Source of the DNA: Elusimicrobiota bacterium
GTDB lineage: Bacteria; Elusimicrobiota; Elusimicrobia; UBA1565
Length of the DNA stretch: 64,000 nucleotides
NCBI GenBank assembly: GCA_016196755.1
Contig: JACPXC010000039.1
Span: 10,645-74,644 of the forward strand
Direction of reading: 5' to 3'
Made by a program: the position numbers and the translations under genes. Under the pieces are notes generated by a model. The model was not told the DNA's origin. It ran no database searches and worked only from the letters and a program-made list of their open reading frames with translations. Positions 51,308-59,738 of this stretch are shown piece after piece (position 1 is the first letter of the stretch; every line of letters begins with the position of its first letter).

Positions 51308-51346
51308 TGGTTGAGTAATTATACTCAACGATTGAGTAAAATGCAA
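51300..51346 (-). promoter_or_regulatory. Promoter of ATPase-1 overlapped by four alternating TGAGTAA half-sites
   Basis: Minus strand: TTGCAT (51346-51341), 17 nt, TATAAT (51323-51318), 10 nt, ATG. Half-sites at 51300-06 (rc), 51312-18, 51322-28 (rc) and 51333-39, about 10.5 bp apart. Confidence 0.6.
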
Positions 51347-51358
51347 TAGGCCAGAACG

Positions 51359-51766
51359 TCAGGGCAGGATGTGAAAGCCGGCGCAGTGGGCCGGCCGGAA
51401 GCTGGAGAAGTGCCGTCTATCCAGCGTCGCCAGACGAACCAGCTTGAGGCGCTCTGCCGTAGCGATGACGGCCGCGTCCACCATCCCCAGGTCGGGACGC
51501 CGGCGCGCGACCTCGATGATCCGCCCCAAGTCCCGCGGCTCGCTCCAGGCCACGGTCAGCTCGCCGGCCGCGAGGCTCTCAAGGAAGCTCAACTCCGCGG
51601 CGGCTCCGAGGAACTTGTTGGCGAGGTAGCACACCTCCGGGAGGACAGGCGAAGGGACGATGAAAGGGCCGCGCTCCCGGCCCAGCACCGCGCGCGCGGC
51701 GCGGTGGTGCGGATCGTCGCGGTCGAGAAGGGCGACCAGGAATCCCGTGTCCGTCAGGACGGCCAT
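51359..51766 (-). CDS. vapC: PIN-domain toxin (VapC-like), second copy
   Basis: MAVLTDTGFLVALLDRDDPHH is a PIN N-terminus. 1-nt overlap with the antitoxin stop. Confidence 0.8.
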   Translation of the reverse strand: MAVLTDTGFLVALLDRDDPHHRAARAVLGRERGPFIVPSPVLPEVCYLANKFLGAAAELSFLESLAAGELTVAWSEPRDLGRIIEVARRRPDLGMVDAAVIATAERLKLVRLATLDRRHFSSFRPAHCAGFHILP

Positions 51767-52002
51767 CAGCGCCGTCGGCCGCGGTCGAAGAGCAGGTCCT
51801 CGGAGCGCTCCGAGAGGCGCAGCTTCCCGCCGCTCGAGCCGGCCCCGACGAAGGACGGTTCCCCGGCCTTCGGCGAGTGCCGCGCGACGAATTCCGCCAG
51901 CGCGAGGCGGACGACTTCCGAGAACGAGACCCCCGTCCTCTGGGCCAGCGCCTTGAGTTGGAGGAGGAGGGAATCCTCGGCGACCACCGTGGTCCTTGTC
52001 AT
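51766..52002 (-). CDS. Ribbon-helix-helix (CopG-like) antitoxin
   Basis: MTRTTVVAEDSLLLQLKALAQRTGVSFSEVVRLALAEFV is an RHH pattern. Upstream partner of the PIN gene. Confidence 0.75.
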   Translation of the reverse strand: MTRTTVVAEDSLLLQLKALAQRTGVSFSEVVRLALAEFVARHSPKAGEPSFVGAGSSGGKLRLSERSEDLLFDRGRRR

Positions 52003-52008
52003 AATATG

Positions 52009-52037
52009 ATTATGACATATGAAGCAAGGCTCGTCAA
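52009..52037 (-). promoter_or_regulatory. Promoter of VapB-2, leaderless geometry
   Basis: Minus strand: TTGACG (52037-52032), 17 nt, CATAAT (52014-52009), CATATT, ATG (52002). The ATATG..CATAT inverted repeat spans the -10. Confidence 0.65.
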
Positions 52038-52062
52038 GCGCCTTTCTTCCCGGTAATAACGC

Positions 52063-52326
52063 TCAGCGATCGAGTAAATCGTGAAAGAGGCTGTTCTGAA
52101 ACGCAGCGAGCCTGACCGGCGCCGGCTCGGCCGCCCGACGAGCCGCACGCGCGATAGCGCGCAACTGCCGCTCAAGGAAACGACAGGACGGGCAGATCAG
52201 CAGGTGCAGCCGTGCCAGGAGCCACGAAACCCCCGGACTTTCGAAGTCCCCCTCCGCCCGGCGGCGGGCGAAAGCGCGGCAGTCGAACATCGGCCTCACC
52301 GGGTCCCCCAACGCTTCTCCAGGCAC
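52063..52326 (-). CDS. Short zf-HC2-type anti-sigma factor (no obvious TM segment)
   Basis: H-x3-C-x2-C (LHLLICPSCRF) directly downstream of the ECF sigma gene. ATG 52290 (MFDCRAF) is an alternative start that removes the overlap. Confidence 0.55.
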   Translation of the reverse strand: MPGEALGDPVRPMFDCRAFARRRAEGDFESPGVSWLLARLHLLICPSCRFLERQLRAIARAARRAAEPAPVRLAAFQNSLFHDLLDR

Positions 52327-52862
52327 TCGCGCAGACGGTGTCGGGCACGGAAGAGCAGGACCCTCAGGTTAGTGTCGGAGACTTCCAAGACGTTACGGAT
52401 CTCCTCCGGCTCCAAGCCCTCGACCTCCTTGAGCTGGAAGGCCGCCCTCTGCGCCTCGGGAAGTTCCCCGAGGCAGGCCTTGATGTGCCCCTCGGTCTCG
52501 GACGCCGCGGCCTCTTCGTCTGGCCCCTTAGGGGGCTTGGCCCAATGCCCGTCGCCCGAAAAGCGCCGCTCGAACACTTCGTCGACGGGGTCGGTAGCGA
52601 CCTCGCGGGCGCGCAGCCGGCCGCGTTCCTTGGCCTTGAGGTACAGGATGCCGAAGAGATAGGTCCGGACCGAGGAGCGCCCCTCGAACCGGTCGAGCCC
52701 CGCCAGGAAGGCAGCGAAGGCCTCCTGCGCCAGGTCCTCGGCCTCGCCTTCGCCGAGCCCCAGAGCCATGGCCCCGCGCAGGAGCGGGCCGGAATTCTCG
52801 CGGACCACGGCCTCCAAGGCCTCCCGCTTCCGGGCACGCAGGTCGGCCAGAGAAGGCTCCAC
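52296..52862 (-). CDS. ECF-type RNA polymerase sigma factor
   Basis: Region 2 (DLAQEAFAAFL...) and region 4 (LPEAQRAAFQLKEVEGLEPEEIRNVLEVSDTNLRVLLFRARHRLRECL). GTG start 52862-52860 lies 6 nt after TAGAAT (52874-52869). Confidence 0.85.
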   Translation of the reverse strand: MEPSLADLRARKREALEAVVRENSGPLLRGAMALGLGEGEAEDLAQEAFAAFLAGLDRFEGRSSVRTYLFGILYLKAKERGRLRAREVATDPVDEVFERRFSGDGHWAKPPKGPDEEAAASETEGHIKACLGELPEAQRAAFQLKEVEGLEPEEIRNVLEVSDTNLRVLLFRARHRLRECLEKRWGTR

Positions 52863-52892
52863 TCGGGTATTCTAGCTGACCCCGCCCGGGCA

Positions 52893-52921
52893 TTGACAGC
52901 ACGGCGGGGGACCCCTACACT
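52893..52921 (+). promoter_or_regulatory. Promoter of the REC-OmpR-MotA-MotB operon, leaderless geometry
   Basis: TTGACA (52893-52898), 17 nt, TACACT (52916-52921), TAGCGC, GTG 52928. Confidence 0.65.
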
Positions 52922-52927
52922 TAGCGC

Positions 52928-53305
52928 GTGAGCACCAAGGTCTTGGTCGTTGACGACGACGAGGAATACCGGGGCATCGTGGTCGGGGCCCTCAAGACCG
53001 GGGGCTTCGAGACCGTCGAGGCCGACTGCATGGCCCAAGGGCTCGAGGTCTACCGCAAGGAGCGCCCCGAGGCCGTGGTCCTCGACGGCCAGCTCCCCGA
53101 CGGCGACGGCTTCGCCCTCTGCGCCATCCTGCGCAAGGAACCGGGCGGCGAGAAGCTGCCCGTCCTGCTCTGCACGATCCGCGGCTCCTTCGAGGAGGTC
53201 GTGGCCGGCCTCTCGGCGGGGCCCGACGACTACGTGGTCAAGCCCTTCGACGACCACGAGCTGCTGGCGCGCCTGCGCTCCGCGATCGACGCCCGCAAGA
53301 CATGA
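52928..53305 (+). CDS. Stand-alone receiver-domain response regulator (CheY-like)
   Basis: KVLVVDDDEEYR, AVVLDGQLPDGDG and YVVKPF receiver motifs. 125 aa, no output domain. Confidence 0.9.
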   Translation: MSTKVLVVDDDEEYRGIVVGALKTGGFETVEADCMAQGLEVYRKERPEAVVLDGQLPDGDGFALCAILRKEPGGEKLPVLLCTIRGSFEEVVAGLSAGPDDYVVKPFDDHELLARLRSAIDARKT

Positions 53306-54009
53306 AGGGGGCCCGCGTGGCCGTCGTCGAGGACGAACCGGGCTGGCTCGAGCTCCTCGAGCGCTCCTTGGGCGCGGCCGGCTTCGACGTGGCGGGCTTC
53401 GCGTCCCCCCTCAAGTTCCTCAAGTCCATGGCCACCGAGGTCCCCGAGGCCGCCGTCGTCGACATGCTCCTGCCCGGGATGGACGGACGCGAGGTCATCC
53501 GAGTCCTGCGCCGCGAGCCGCGCACGCGTCTGATCCCCATCGTGGCGATGACCGCCTCCGAGGTCTCCCCCAACTCGGCGGTCTCCGGCATCACGGCCGG
53601 CGCCGACGAGTATTTCCGCAAGCCCTTCGAGCCCGAGCTGCTCGTCGTCCGTCTCCAGGGGCTGCTCCAGCGCCGCCTCGGCGAGCCCGCGCCGTCCCCC
53701 GAGGCCGGCCTCCAGGACGACGGCATCTCGCTTTCTTTCGACAGCCGGGCCTGCACGGTGGACGGGAAGGGCCACGAGCTGACCCGGCTCGAGTTCGAAC
53801 TGCTCACCCATTTCCTGGGCCAGCCGGGCCGCGTCTACACCCGCCGCCACCTGCTGGACGCCTTCTGGCCCGGGCGCGTCCACAGCGACGGCCGCTCGCT
53901 CGACAAGCACGTCCAGCGCCTGCGCAAGGTCCTCGGCCGGCATTCCGACCGCCTGCAGACGGTCTACGCGGTCGGCTATGTCTGGCGCTTGAACGGAGGG
54001 ATGAAGTGA
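53302..54009 (+). CDS. OmpR-family response regulator
   Basis: VAVVEDEPG, AAVVDMLLPGMDG and YFRKPF motifs. Winged-helix output (LTRLEFELLTHFLGQPGRVYTRRHLLD...VGYVW). ATGA overlap with the upstream gene. Confidence 0.9.
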   Translation: MKGARVAVVEDEPGWLELLERSLGAAGFDVAGFASPLKFLKSMATEVPEAAVVDMLLPGMDGREVIRVLRREPRTRLIPIVAMTASEVSPNSAVSGITAGADEYFRKPFEPELLVVRLQGLLQRRLGEPAPSPEAGLQDDGISLSFDSRACTVDGKGHELTRLEFELLTHFLGQPGRVYTRRHLLDAFWPGRVHSDGRSLDKHVQRLRKVLGRHSDRLQTVYAVGYVWRLNGGMK

Positions 54010-54776
54010 ACCTCTCGCTCTGGCTCGGCTTGGGCGTCGGCACCGGCCTCCTGGCCTGGGGCGCGGCCAGCGGAGAGGCCGGCGGCTTCCTCAACACCCA
54101 CGGGATATCGGTCGTCATCGGCGGGACGCTGACGGCACTCCTGGCCGGCACCCCGATGGCCACGCTGGTCAGCTCGGTGCGCCGCGGCCTCGGACTCTTC
54201 ATGGCCGACCGGACGCCGACCCTCGAGGCCGCCATGGCCGAGGTCCTGCGTCTGGCCCAGGCCGCCCAGGACGGCGGGGGCCTGCTCTCGATCCAGGACG
54301 AGGCCCGCGACTTCGCCGAGGGCTTTCTGCACCGCTGCGTCCGGGTCGCCATCGCCTGCGGCGAGACCTCGGACGCACGGCGCGTGCTCGAGGAGGACAT
54401 CCGCCAGCGCCGCATCCTGCGCAACGAGGACGCCAACGTCTACCGCACGGCCGGCATGCTCTCGCCGATGTTCGGCATCCTGGGGACCCTGATCGGGATG
54501 ATCCAGGTGCTCTCCAAGCTCAACGACCCCAGCAAGGTGGGCCCCGCCATGGCGCTGGCCCTGTCCTCGGCCTTCCTCGGCATCGCCATCGCCAACATCC
54601 TCTGCATCCCGCTCGCCGGCCAGATCCGCATGTGGGCCATGAAGGAATCCCTGGTCCTCGAAGTCATCCTCGAGGGCGTGCTCAACATCGCCCTGGGCCG
54701 CCCCCCCATCGTCGTCGAGATGCGCCTGGCCTCCTACCTCGGCGCGCGTCCCACGCCGGCCGGCCGCCCCAAATGA
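54006..54776 (+). CDS. motA: MotA/PomA-type stator channel protein
   Basis: Part of track ORF 52950-54776, from GTG 54006 (GTGA overlap). Two N-terminal TM segments, a ~100-aa cytoplasmic loop, then MLSPMFGILGTLIGMIQVL...PAMALALSSAFLGIAIANILCIPLAGQI, which is the MotA/ExbB/TolQ core. Confidence 0.85.
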   Translation: MNLSLWLGLGVGTGLLAWGAASGEAGGFLNTHGISVVIGGTLTALLAGTPMATLVSSVRRGLGLFMADRTPTLEAAMAEVLRLAQAAQDGGGLLSIQDEARDFAEGFLHRCVRVAIACGETSDARRVLEEDIRQRRILRNEDANVYRTAGMLSPMFGILGTLIGMIQVLSKLNDPSKVGPAMALALSSAFLGIAIANILCIPLAGQIRMWAMKESLVLEVILEGVLNIALGRPPIVVEMRLASYLGARPTPAGRPK

Positions 54777-55390
54777 GCGTCTGGTACGAGCGCGAGGACG
54801 AACTGGAGGCCAACCTCAACCGCGGGGCCATGTGGAGCGTCACCTACGGCGACCTCATGAGCTACCTGGCGATCTTCTTCCTTCTGATGTATTCCGCCTT
54901 CGCCAGCAACGCCGTCAACATGCAGATGGACCTCAACGCGATCAAGGACCACTACAACAAGGAGGCCGACCTGTTCTCGCGCCACGGCATCCAGCAGATC
55001 GCCAAGCTCGAGGTCGGCGAGGACCGCATGCGGATCCTCTTCTCCGCGCCGGTGCTCTTCGACCCCGGCGAGGCCGACCTCAAGCCCATGGCCGAGGAGC
55101 ACCTTAAGAAGCTGGCCGCCGCCCTGCAGGAGCTCCCCAACCCCATCCAGATCGAGGGCCACACCGACGACCGGCCGCTCGGCAGGCACGCCGGCTTCAA
55201 GGCGAACTGGGAGCTCTCCGCCGCCCGCGCCTTCGCGGTCCTGCGCTGCCTGGAGCGCAACGGCGTCCCGTCCTCCCGCTTGGCGGCCATCGGCTACGGG
55301 GAGCATAAGCCCGTCGCCCTCAACGACACCTCGACCGGGCGCGAGGCGAACCGCCGCATCGAGATCAACCTGCTCAGGCGCCGGGAGTAG
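54773..55390 (+). CDS. motB: MotB-type stator protein with OmpA-like peptidoglycan-binding domain
   Basis: Part of track ORF 54632-55390, from ATG 54773 (ATGA overlap). WSVTYGDLMSYLAIFFLLMY includes the conserved TM Asp. NWELSAARA...RLAAIGYGEHKP...GREANRRIEI is OmpA-like. Confidence 0.88.
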   Translation: MSVWYEREDELEANLNRGAMWSVTYGDLMSYLAIFFLLMYSAFASNAVNMQMDLNAIKDHYNKEADLFSRHGIQQIAKLEVGEDRMRILFSAPVLFDPGEADLKPMAEEHLKKLAAALQELPNPIQIEGHTDDRPLGRHAGFKANWELSAARAFAVLRCLERNGVPSSRLAAIGYGEHKPVALNDTSTGREANRRIEINLLRRRE

Positions 55391-55397
55391 GCGGGCC

Positions 55398-57527
55398 TCA
55401 GGCCGGCTTCGCGGGCTTCGCGTCGCGCTTGGCCTGCTTCTCGGGCAGCCAGAACTGGAACACGCTGCCCTTGCCGAACTCGCTCTCCACCCAGATCCGG
55501 CCGCCGTGCGTCTCCACCACCATGCGGCAGACCGTGAGGCCGAGGCCGGTCCCGCGGGCCTTAGCGTTGACCTTGGTCTCCTCGACCTGGAAGAACTTCT
55601 GGAACAGTTTGCCGACCTTGTCGGCCGGGATGCCGGCGCCGGTGTCGCGGACCTGGACGAGGACGCCGTCGTGGTCGCGCTTGGCGCAGACGCTGACGGT
55701 GCCCTTCGACGGCGTGAACTTGAGGGCGTTGGAGATCAGGTTCTGTACCACGCGCTGGACCTGCGAGGCGTCCATCTCCAGCGGCGGCAGGTCCGGGGCC
55801 GCCTCGAGGCGGAGCTGGACCTCCTCCTTGGCCGCCTGGACCGACAGGAGGCCGTGGACGGCCTCGAGCACCGGAAAGAGCGGGGCGGGCTTGTAGTCCA
55901 GGGTCATCATCCCGGACTCGAACTTGGACACGTCGAGGATGTCGTCGACCAGGTGCGAGAGTGTCCTGGCGGCGTGGGTGATGACGGTAGCGCGCTTGCG
56001 GTGCTTCTCGCCTAGGGCGTTGTCGCCGGTGGCCTGGCCGGCCATCAGCATGAGCTCGGCCATGCCCGAGATGGAGGCCAGGGGGCTGCGCAGGTCGTGG
56101 GTGACGGTCTCGAGGATGTTCTGTTTGGTGCGCTCGACCTCCTTCTCGTAGGTGACGTCGCGCAGGATGAGCAGGATCCCCACCTCGCGCCGCTCGGCCC
56201 GTACCACGATCCCGCGCGCCGCGACCTGGCGAGGCTCCGTGCCCGCCGTGGCGCGCAGCTCGAACTCCGCGTTGCCCGCCTCGCGCTTGCGGCCGAGCAT
56301 CGCCAGAGCGAGGTCCCGCAGGGGTCCGGCCGGCAGGGCGCGGTGGACGCTGAGCTCCGTGCCCTCCGTGCCGCCCAGCATCTCCGCGGCCGAGGCGTTG
56401 GTGAAGGTGATGCGCCCGTCGAAGCCGGCCAGGACGATCCCGTCGGGGATCGTGCGGACCAGGGCGTCGACGCGCGACTTCTCCTCGAGCGTGCGCTCGA
56501 TATGGAGGTCCTGGACCTCCCGCAGGCGGCCGATCATCGTGTTGAAGGCCACGGCCAGGCGTTTGAGCTCGCCCCAGGCCAGTTCGGGGACGGGGGTCGA
56601 GAGGTCGTTGTCGGCCGCGCGCTCGGCGCCGGCCAACAGCGCGCCGATCGGGTCGGTCAGGCGGGCCGCGAACCAGGCGGCGAGGATCGCCACCAAGCCC
56701 ACCAACAGGCCCATGAACGCCGCCGCGCGGCCGGCGAACTCCGTGCCTACCGAGAGGGCTTCCGCGCGCGGCTGGAGGCTCATGACCCGCCAGTCGCCCG
56801 AGGTGGCGCCGGAGTAGGCGCCGACCATCCGGCCCGACGGCGCCGGGATGTCGGCCAGCCAGCCCGAGGCTTCGCCCAAGCGCACCGGCGGCCGCCAGGT
56901 GGGCGGCAGGAAGCCCTCGGCCGAGCCCTTGAGCGGACGGCCGTCGGCGCCCAGCACGACGACCCGGCCGGCGCGGCCGGGCTTGAGGGCCCCGAGCCGC
57001 TTCCAGAGCGGGGCCAGGTCGAAGGCCCCGTAGAGGAGCCGGCCGTCGAGCAGGGGGTAGGCGAAGACCAGCGCCGGGCGCCCCTCGATGATGGCCGGTT
57101 CGTCTAGGACCAGACGCCCGGTGGACTGGGCGCGCTTGACCAAGTCCTCCCCGGAGCGGTCGACGAGCTCCGGAGACTTGAAGACGGCGACGTCGGCCAG
57201 GCGGACGCGCTCCTTGCCGTCGAGGCTCAAAGTCGAGAGCAGGATGAAGGGCGGCGTGGCGGACGCGGCGCGCTGGAGGATGGCGAACTCCTTCTCGGGG
57301 GCTTTCGAGCCCAGACGCTCGAGGTCCTCGACGAAGCTTAAGCCCCGGTTGAGGCGGCCCACGGTGTCCTCGACGGTCGAGGCGGCCAAAGCCGTCAACT
57401 GCTCGTGGAGGAAGCGCGCGTTCTCCTCGGCGCGGCCCGTGGTGCGCAGGAACCAGGCCCCGGTGACGCCTACCGGGACGATCCCGACCGCGAGGAAGAC
57501 GACCAGCAATCGGCCGAAGAGGCCCAT
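55398..57527 (-). CDS. Membrane sensor histidine kinase (periplasmic domain, HAMP, PAS, HisKA, HATPase)
   Basis: Two TM segments flank a ~250-aa periplasmic region. HAMP (PIGALLAGAERAADNDL..), PAS (IPDGIVLAGFDGRITFTNASAAEMLG), H-box THDLRSPLASI, N/G boxes (NLISNALKFTP, VRDTGAGIP, GTGLGL). Confidence 0.92.
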   Translation of the reverse strand: MGLFGRLLVVFLAVGIVPVGVTGAWFLRTTGRAEENARFLHEQLTALAASTVEDTVGRLNRGLSFVEDLERLGSKAPEKEFAILQRAASATPPFILLSTLSLDGKERVRLADVAVFKSPELVDRSGEDLVKRAQSTGRLVLDEPAIIEGRPALVFAYPLLDGRLLYGAFDLAPLWKRLGALKPGRAGRVVVLGADGRPLKGSAEGFLPPTWRPPVRLGEASGWLADIPAPSGRMVGAYSGATSGDWRVMSLQPRAEALSVGTEFAGRAAAFMGLLVGLVAILAAWFAARLTDPIGALLAGAERAADNDLSTPVPELAWGELKRLAVAFNTMIGRLREVQDLHIERTLEEKSRVDALVRTIPDGIVLAGFDGRITFTNASAAEMLGGTEGTELSVHRALPAGPLRDLALAMLGRKREAGNAEFELRATAGTEPRQVAARGIVVRAERREVGILLILRDVTYEKEVERTKQNILETVTHDLRSPLASISGMAELMLMAGQATGDNALGEKHRKRATVITHAARTLSHLVDDILDVSKFESGMMTLDYKPAPLFPVLEAVHGLLSVQAAKEEVQLRLEAAPDLPPLEMDASQVQRVVQNLISNALKFTPSKGTVSVCAKRDHDGVLVQVRDTGAGIPADKVGKLFQKFFQVEETKVNAKARGTGLGLTVCRMVVETHGGRIWVESEFGKGSVFQFWLPEKQAKRDAKPAKPA

Positions 57528-57552
57528 CGGCGGATACTATACCAAGGGTCTT

Positions 57553-58698
57553 TCAGGAGATATAGTCGCCGGCCCAGAGCCTCTCCAGAAACAGCCTCCA
57601 AGGAAGCACTTCGACCCCCCCGGCGATCCGGCGCGGCTCCAGCTCCAAGCCGACGACCACGCGCCGCTTGACCGGGCCGTCCTCGATGAGGGCCGCGAGC
57701 GAGCGGGTATCACCCTCATGGACCCGGGCCGAGCCCTTTACCTCGACGGCCAGTTCCTTGTCGCCGAAGATGAAGTCCACCTCCTGGCCCGTGCTGGTCC
57801 TCCAGAAGGCGATGGGATGGTCCGGCTTCCTGTAGGCCTGGTAGGCACGCAGCTCCATCAGGATGAAGTGCTCGAAGGATTTCCCGAAGTCGGAGCTTCC
57901 CGGACGCGGGACGCGCCGAGCCAGATGGTTGGCGACCCCCACGTCGAACAGGTAGAACTTCTCGGTCAGGATCATGCGGCGGCTCGGGGACCTCCGCCAA
58001 GGCTGGAGGCGGAACCCGAGATAGGTGTCCTCGAGGATGTCGAAATAGTTCCGGACGATCCGGGCGGAGACGCCGGACTCGCGCGCCGCGTTGACGTAGT
58101 TGAGCAACTCGCTGCCGGTCCGGGCCGCGACGAGCAGGAACTCCGAGAAGGCCGGGATACCGCGGCTCAGGGCCTCCACGGCGATCTCTTCCTTGAGGTA
58201 GTCCGCGACATAGGCCCGTAGGTCTTCTTCCGGCCGCTCCGAGAGGAAATGCGGCGGGAGGAGGCCCGAGGTCAGGGCACGTTCCAGGTCGAAGCCCTCC
58301 GTTTCCAGCGCCGAGAGCGGCAGCAGGGTCCGGCGCCAGGCCCGACCGCCCAGGAGGTTCGCGTGGCCGCGGCGGAGCTTACGGGCGCTCGAGCCCGTCA
58401 TCAGGAACGAGCATCCGGCGTTCTCGATGAGCCAATGGACCTCGTCGAGCAGGGCCGGGACCTTCTGGATCTCGTCGAGGACGATGAGGCCGCGATGCTC
58501 CGAGAAGCGCTCCCGCAGGAGGGCAGGCCGCGCGGCATAGTCGGCGAAGACGTCCGTCTTGAGCAGGTCTACGACGGCCGCGTCGCGCAGGTGATGGCGG
58601 ATCCAATAACTCTTGCCGGCCTTGCGGGGACCCCAAAGGAACGCCGATTGGCGGGGCGGAAGGCCCAGCTCGAAGAGGCGCTTGCATATCTTACGCAC
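57553..58698 (-). CDS. AAA-family ATPase with DUF4143-type C-terminal domain (paralog 2)
   Basis: Walker A LWGPRKAGKSY, Walker B LIVLDEIQKV. C-terminal EVDFIFGDKELAVEVKGS. GTG start 58698-58696. Confidence 0.8.
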   Translation of the reverse strand: MRKICKRLFELGLPPRQSAFLWGPRKAGKSYWIRHHLRDAAVVDLLKTDVFADYAARPALLRERFSEHRGLIVLDEIQKVPALLDEVHWLIENAGCSFLMTGSSARKLRRGHANLLGGRAWRRTLLPLSALETEGFDLERALTSGLLPPHFLSERPEEDLRAYVADYLKEEIAVEALSRGIPAFSEFLLVAARTGSELLNYVNAARESGVSARIVRNYFDILEDTYLGFRLQPWRRSPSRRMILTEKFYLFDVGVANHLARRVPRPGSSDFGKSFEHFILMELRAYQAYRKPDHPIAFWRTSTGQEVDFIFGDKELAVEVKGSARVHEGDTRSLAALIEDGPVKRRVVVGLELEPRRIAGGVEVLPWRLFLERLWAGDYIS

Positions 58699-58704
58699 AA
58701 TGTA

Positions 58705-58733
58705 ATTTTATCCGGATAATCTGCCTTAGTCAA
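58705..58733 (-). promoter_or_regulatory. Promoter of ATPase-2, leaderless geometry
   Basis: Minus strand: TTGACT (58733-58728), 17 nt, TAAAAT (58710-58705), TACATT, GTG (58698). Confidence 0.65.
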
Positions 58734-58760
58734 GCCGGCCCGCCGCAAGCAGTTCCTCCT

Positions 58761-59738
58761 TTATGACAGAGTAGGCTGCTCCGGCCCGCTGGCCGGGATG
58801 GCCAGGGTCACGCGCGCGCCGCCGCCCGGAGGGTTGGCGGCGTCGGCATCCCCTCCGGCCCGCCGCGCCACGCGGCTGGCCAGGGCCAGCCCCACGCCGA
58901 GGCGGCCCGGCTTGGGAGACGCGAACGGAGTGAAGGCCGAAGCCAGCGCTTCGGGCGAGAACCCCGGTCCGCTGTCGGCCACCTCGATGACGGCCCGGCC
59001 GTCCTCGCCGCGCCGCACGGCCACGCTCAGCGTGCCGCCGCGCGGCATGGCCTCGAAGGCGTTGCGGACCAGCTCGAAGAGCGCCGTGCGCAGGCCGTCC
59101 GCGTCGACCCGTACGCGCAGGCCGACCCCGCCGCGACGGCGCAGCGCCACGCCGCGCGAGCGCAAGGTGGGCTCCCAGGCCGCCAGGACGGCGTCGACGA
59201 CCGCCTGCAGAGGAGTGTCCTCCAGCACCCGGCCGTCGTCGAGGAGCAGCATGACCAGCCGCAGACGGTCGCGCGCGCGGGCCAACTCCGTGGCGGCCAG
59301 GCGCAATAGAGCCTTGGAGCCCTCGGGAAGCCGTCCTCCCCCGGCCCGGCGCACATGGGCCAGCGAGCGGGCCAAGGTGCCGTCGAGTTCCCCCGCCACG
59401 CGCAGCCAGGAAGGCTCGAGCAGAGGGTCGAGGCCGGGAGCGGGGGCCTCGGCGAAGCCCGGCTCCGCCTCCGGTGCCGTGGGAGCGGCCGGGGCGGCGG
59501 GAGCCTCGGGTGCTACGGGCGTCGTGAAGACCGCCTCCTCCAGATTCACGGGGAGCGCGGGAGCGGCAGGCGCGGCGGGCGTGACCGGCAGGACCGGCGG
59601 AGCGGGCTTTAGGAGCTTCGTCGGAAGGCGCAGGCGCTCGATGAGGGAGCGGACCTCGCCGACCAGGGCGTCGGTCGCCGGGTCGAGCGGCTCCCGGCCG
59701 GCCCCCTCGCCGCCCGCCGTCGAAGGACCGTCGGTCAT
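58761..59738 (-). CDS. Soluble histidine-kinase-like ATPase (HATPase_c) protein with Pro/Ala-rich N-terminal region
   Basis: C-terminal part of track ORF 58761-60719, from ATG 59738 (ATGA overlap with the upstream gene). N box LFELVRNAFEAM, G1 VADSGPGF, G2 GVGLALA. Only a weak H-box candidate (SLAHVRR). Confidence 0.65.
   Translation of the reverse strand: MTDGPSTAGGEGAGREPLDPATDALVGEVRSLIERLRLPTKLLKPAPPVLPVTPAAPAAPALPVNLEEAVFTTPVAPEAPAAPAAPTAPEAEPGFAEAPAPGLDPLLEPSWLRVAGELDGTLARSLAHVRRAGGGRLPEGSKALLRLAATELARARDRLRLVMLLLDDGRVLEDTPLQAVVDAVLAAWEPTLRSRGVALRRRGGVGLRVRVDADGLRTALFELVRNAFEAMPRGGTLSVAVRRGEDGRAVIEVADSGPGFSPEALASAFTPFASPKPGRLGVGLALASRVARRAGGDADAANPPGGGARVTLAIPASGPEQPTLS

Noticed and set aside
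54006-55390. Zorya-type anti-phage system (ZorAB are MotAB homologs)
   Set aside because: MotA here is of normal size (~256 aa) without the long ZorA tail. No ZorC/D/E-like genes follow. The operon partners are response regulators.
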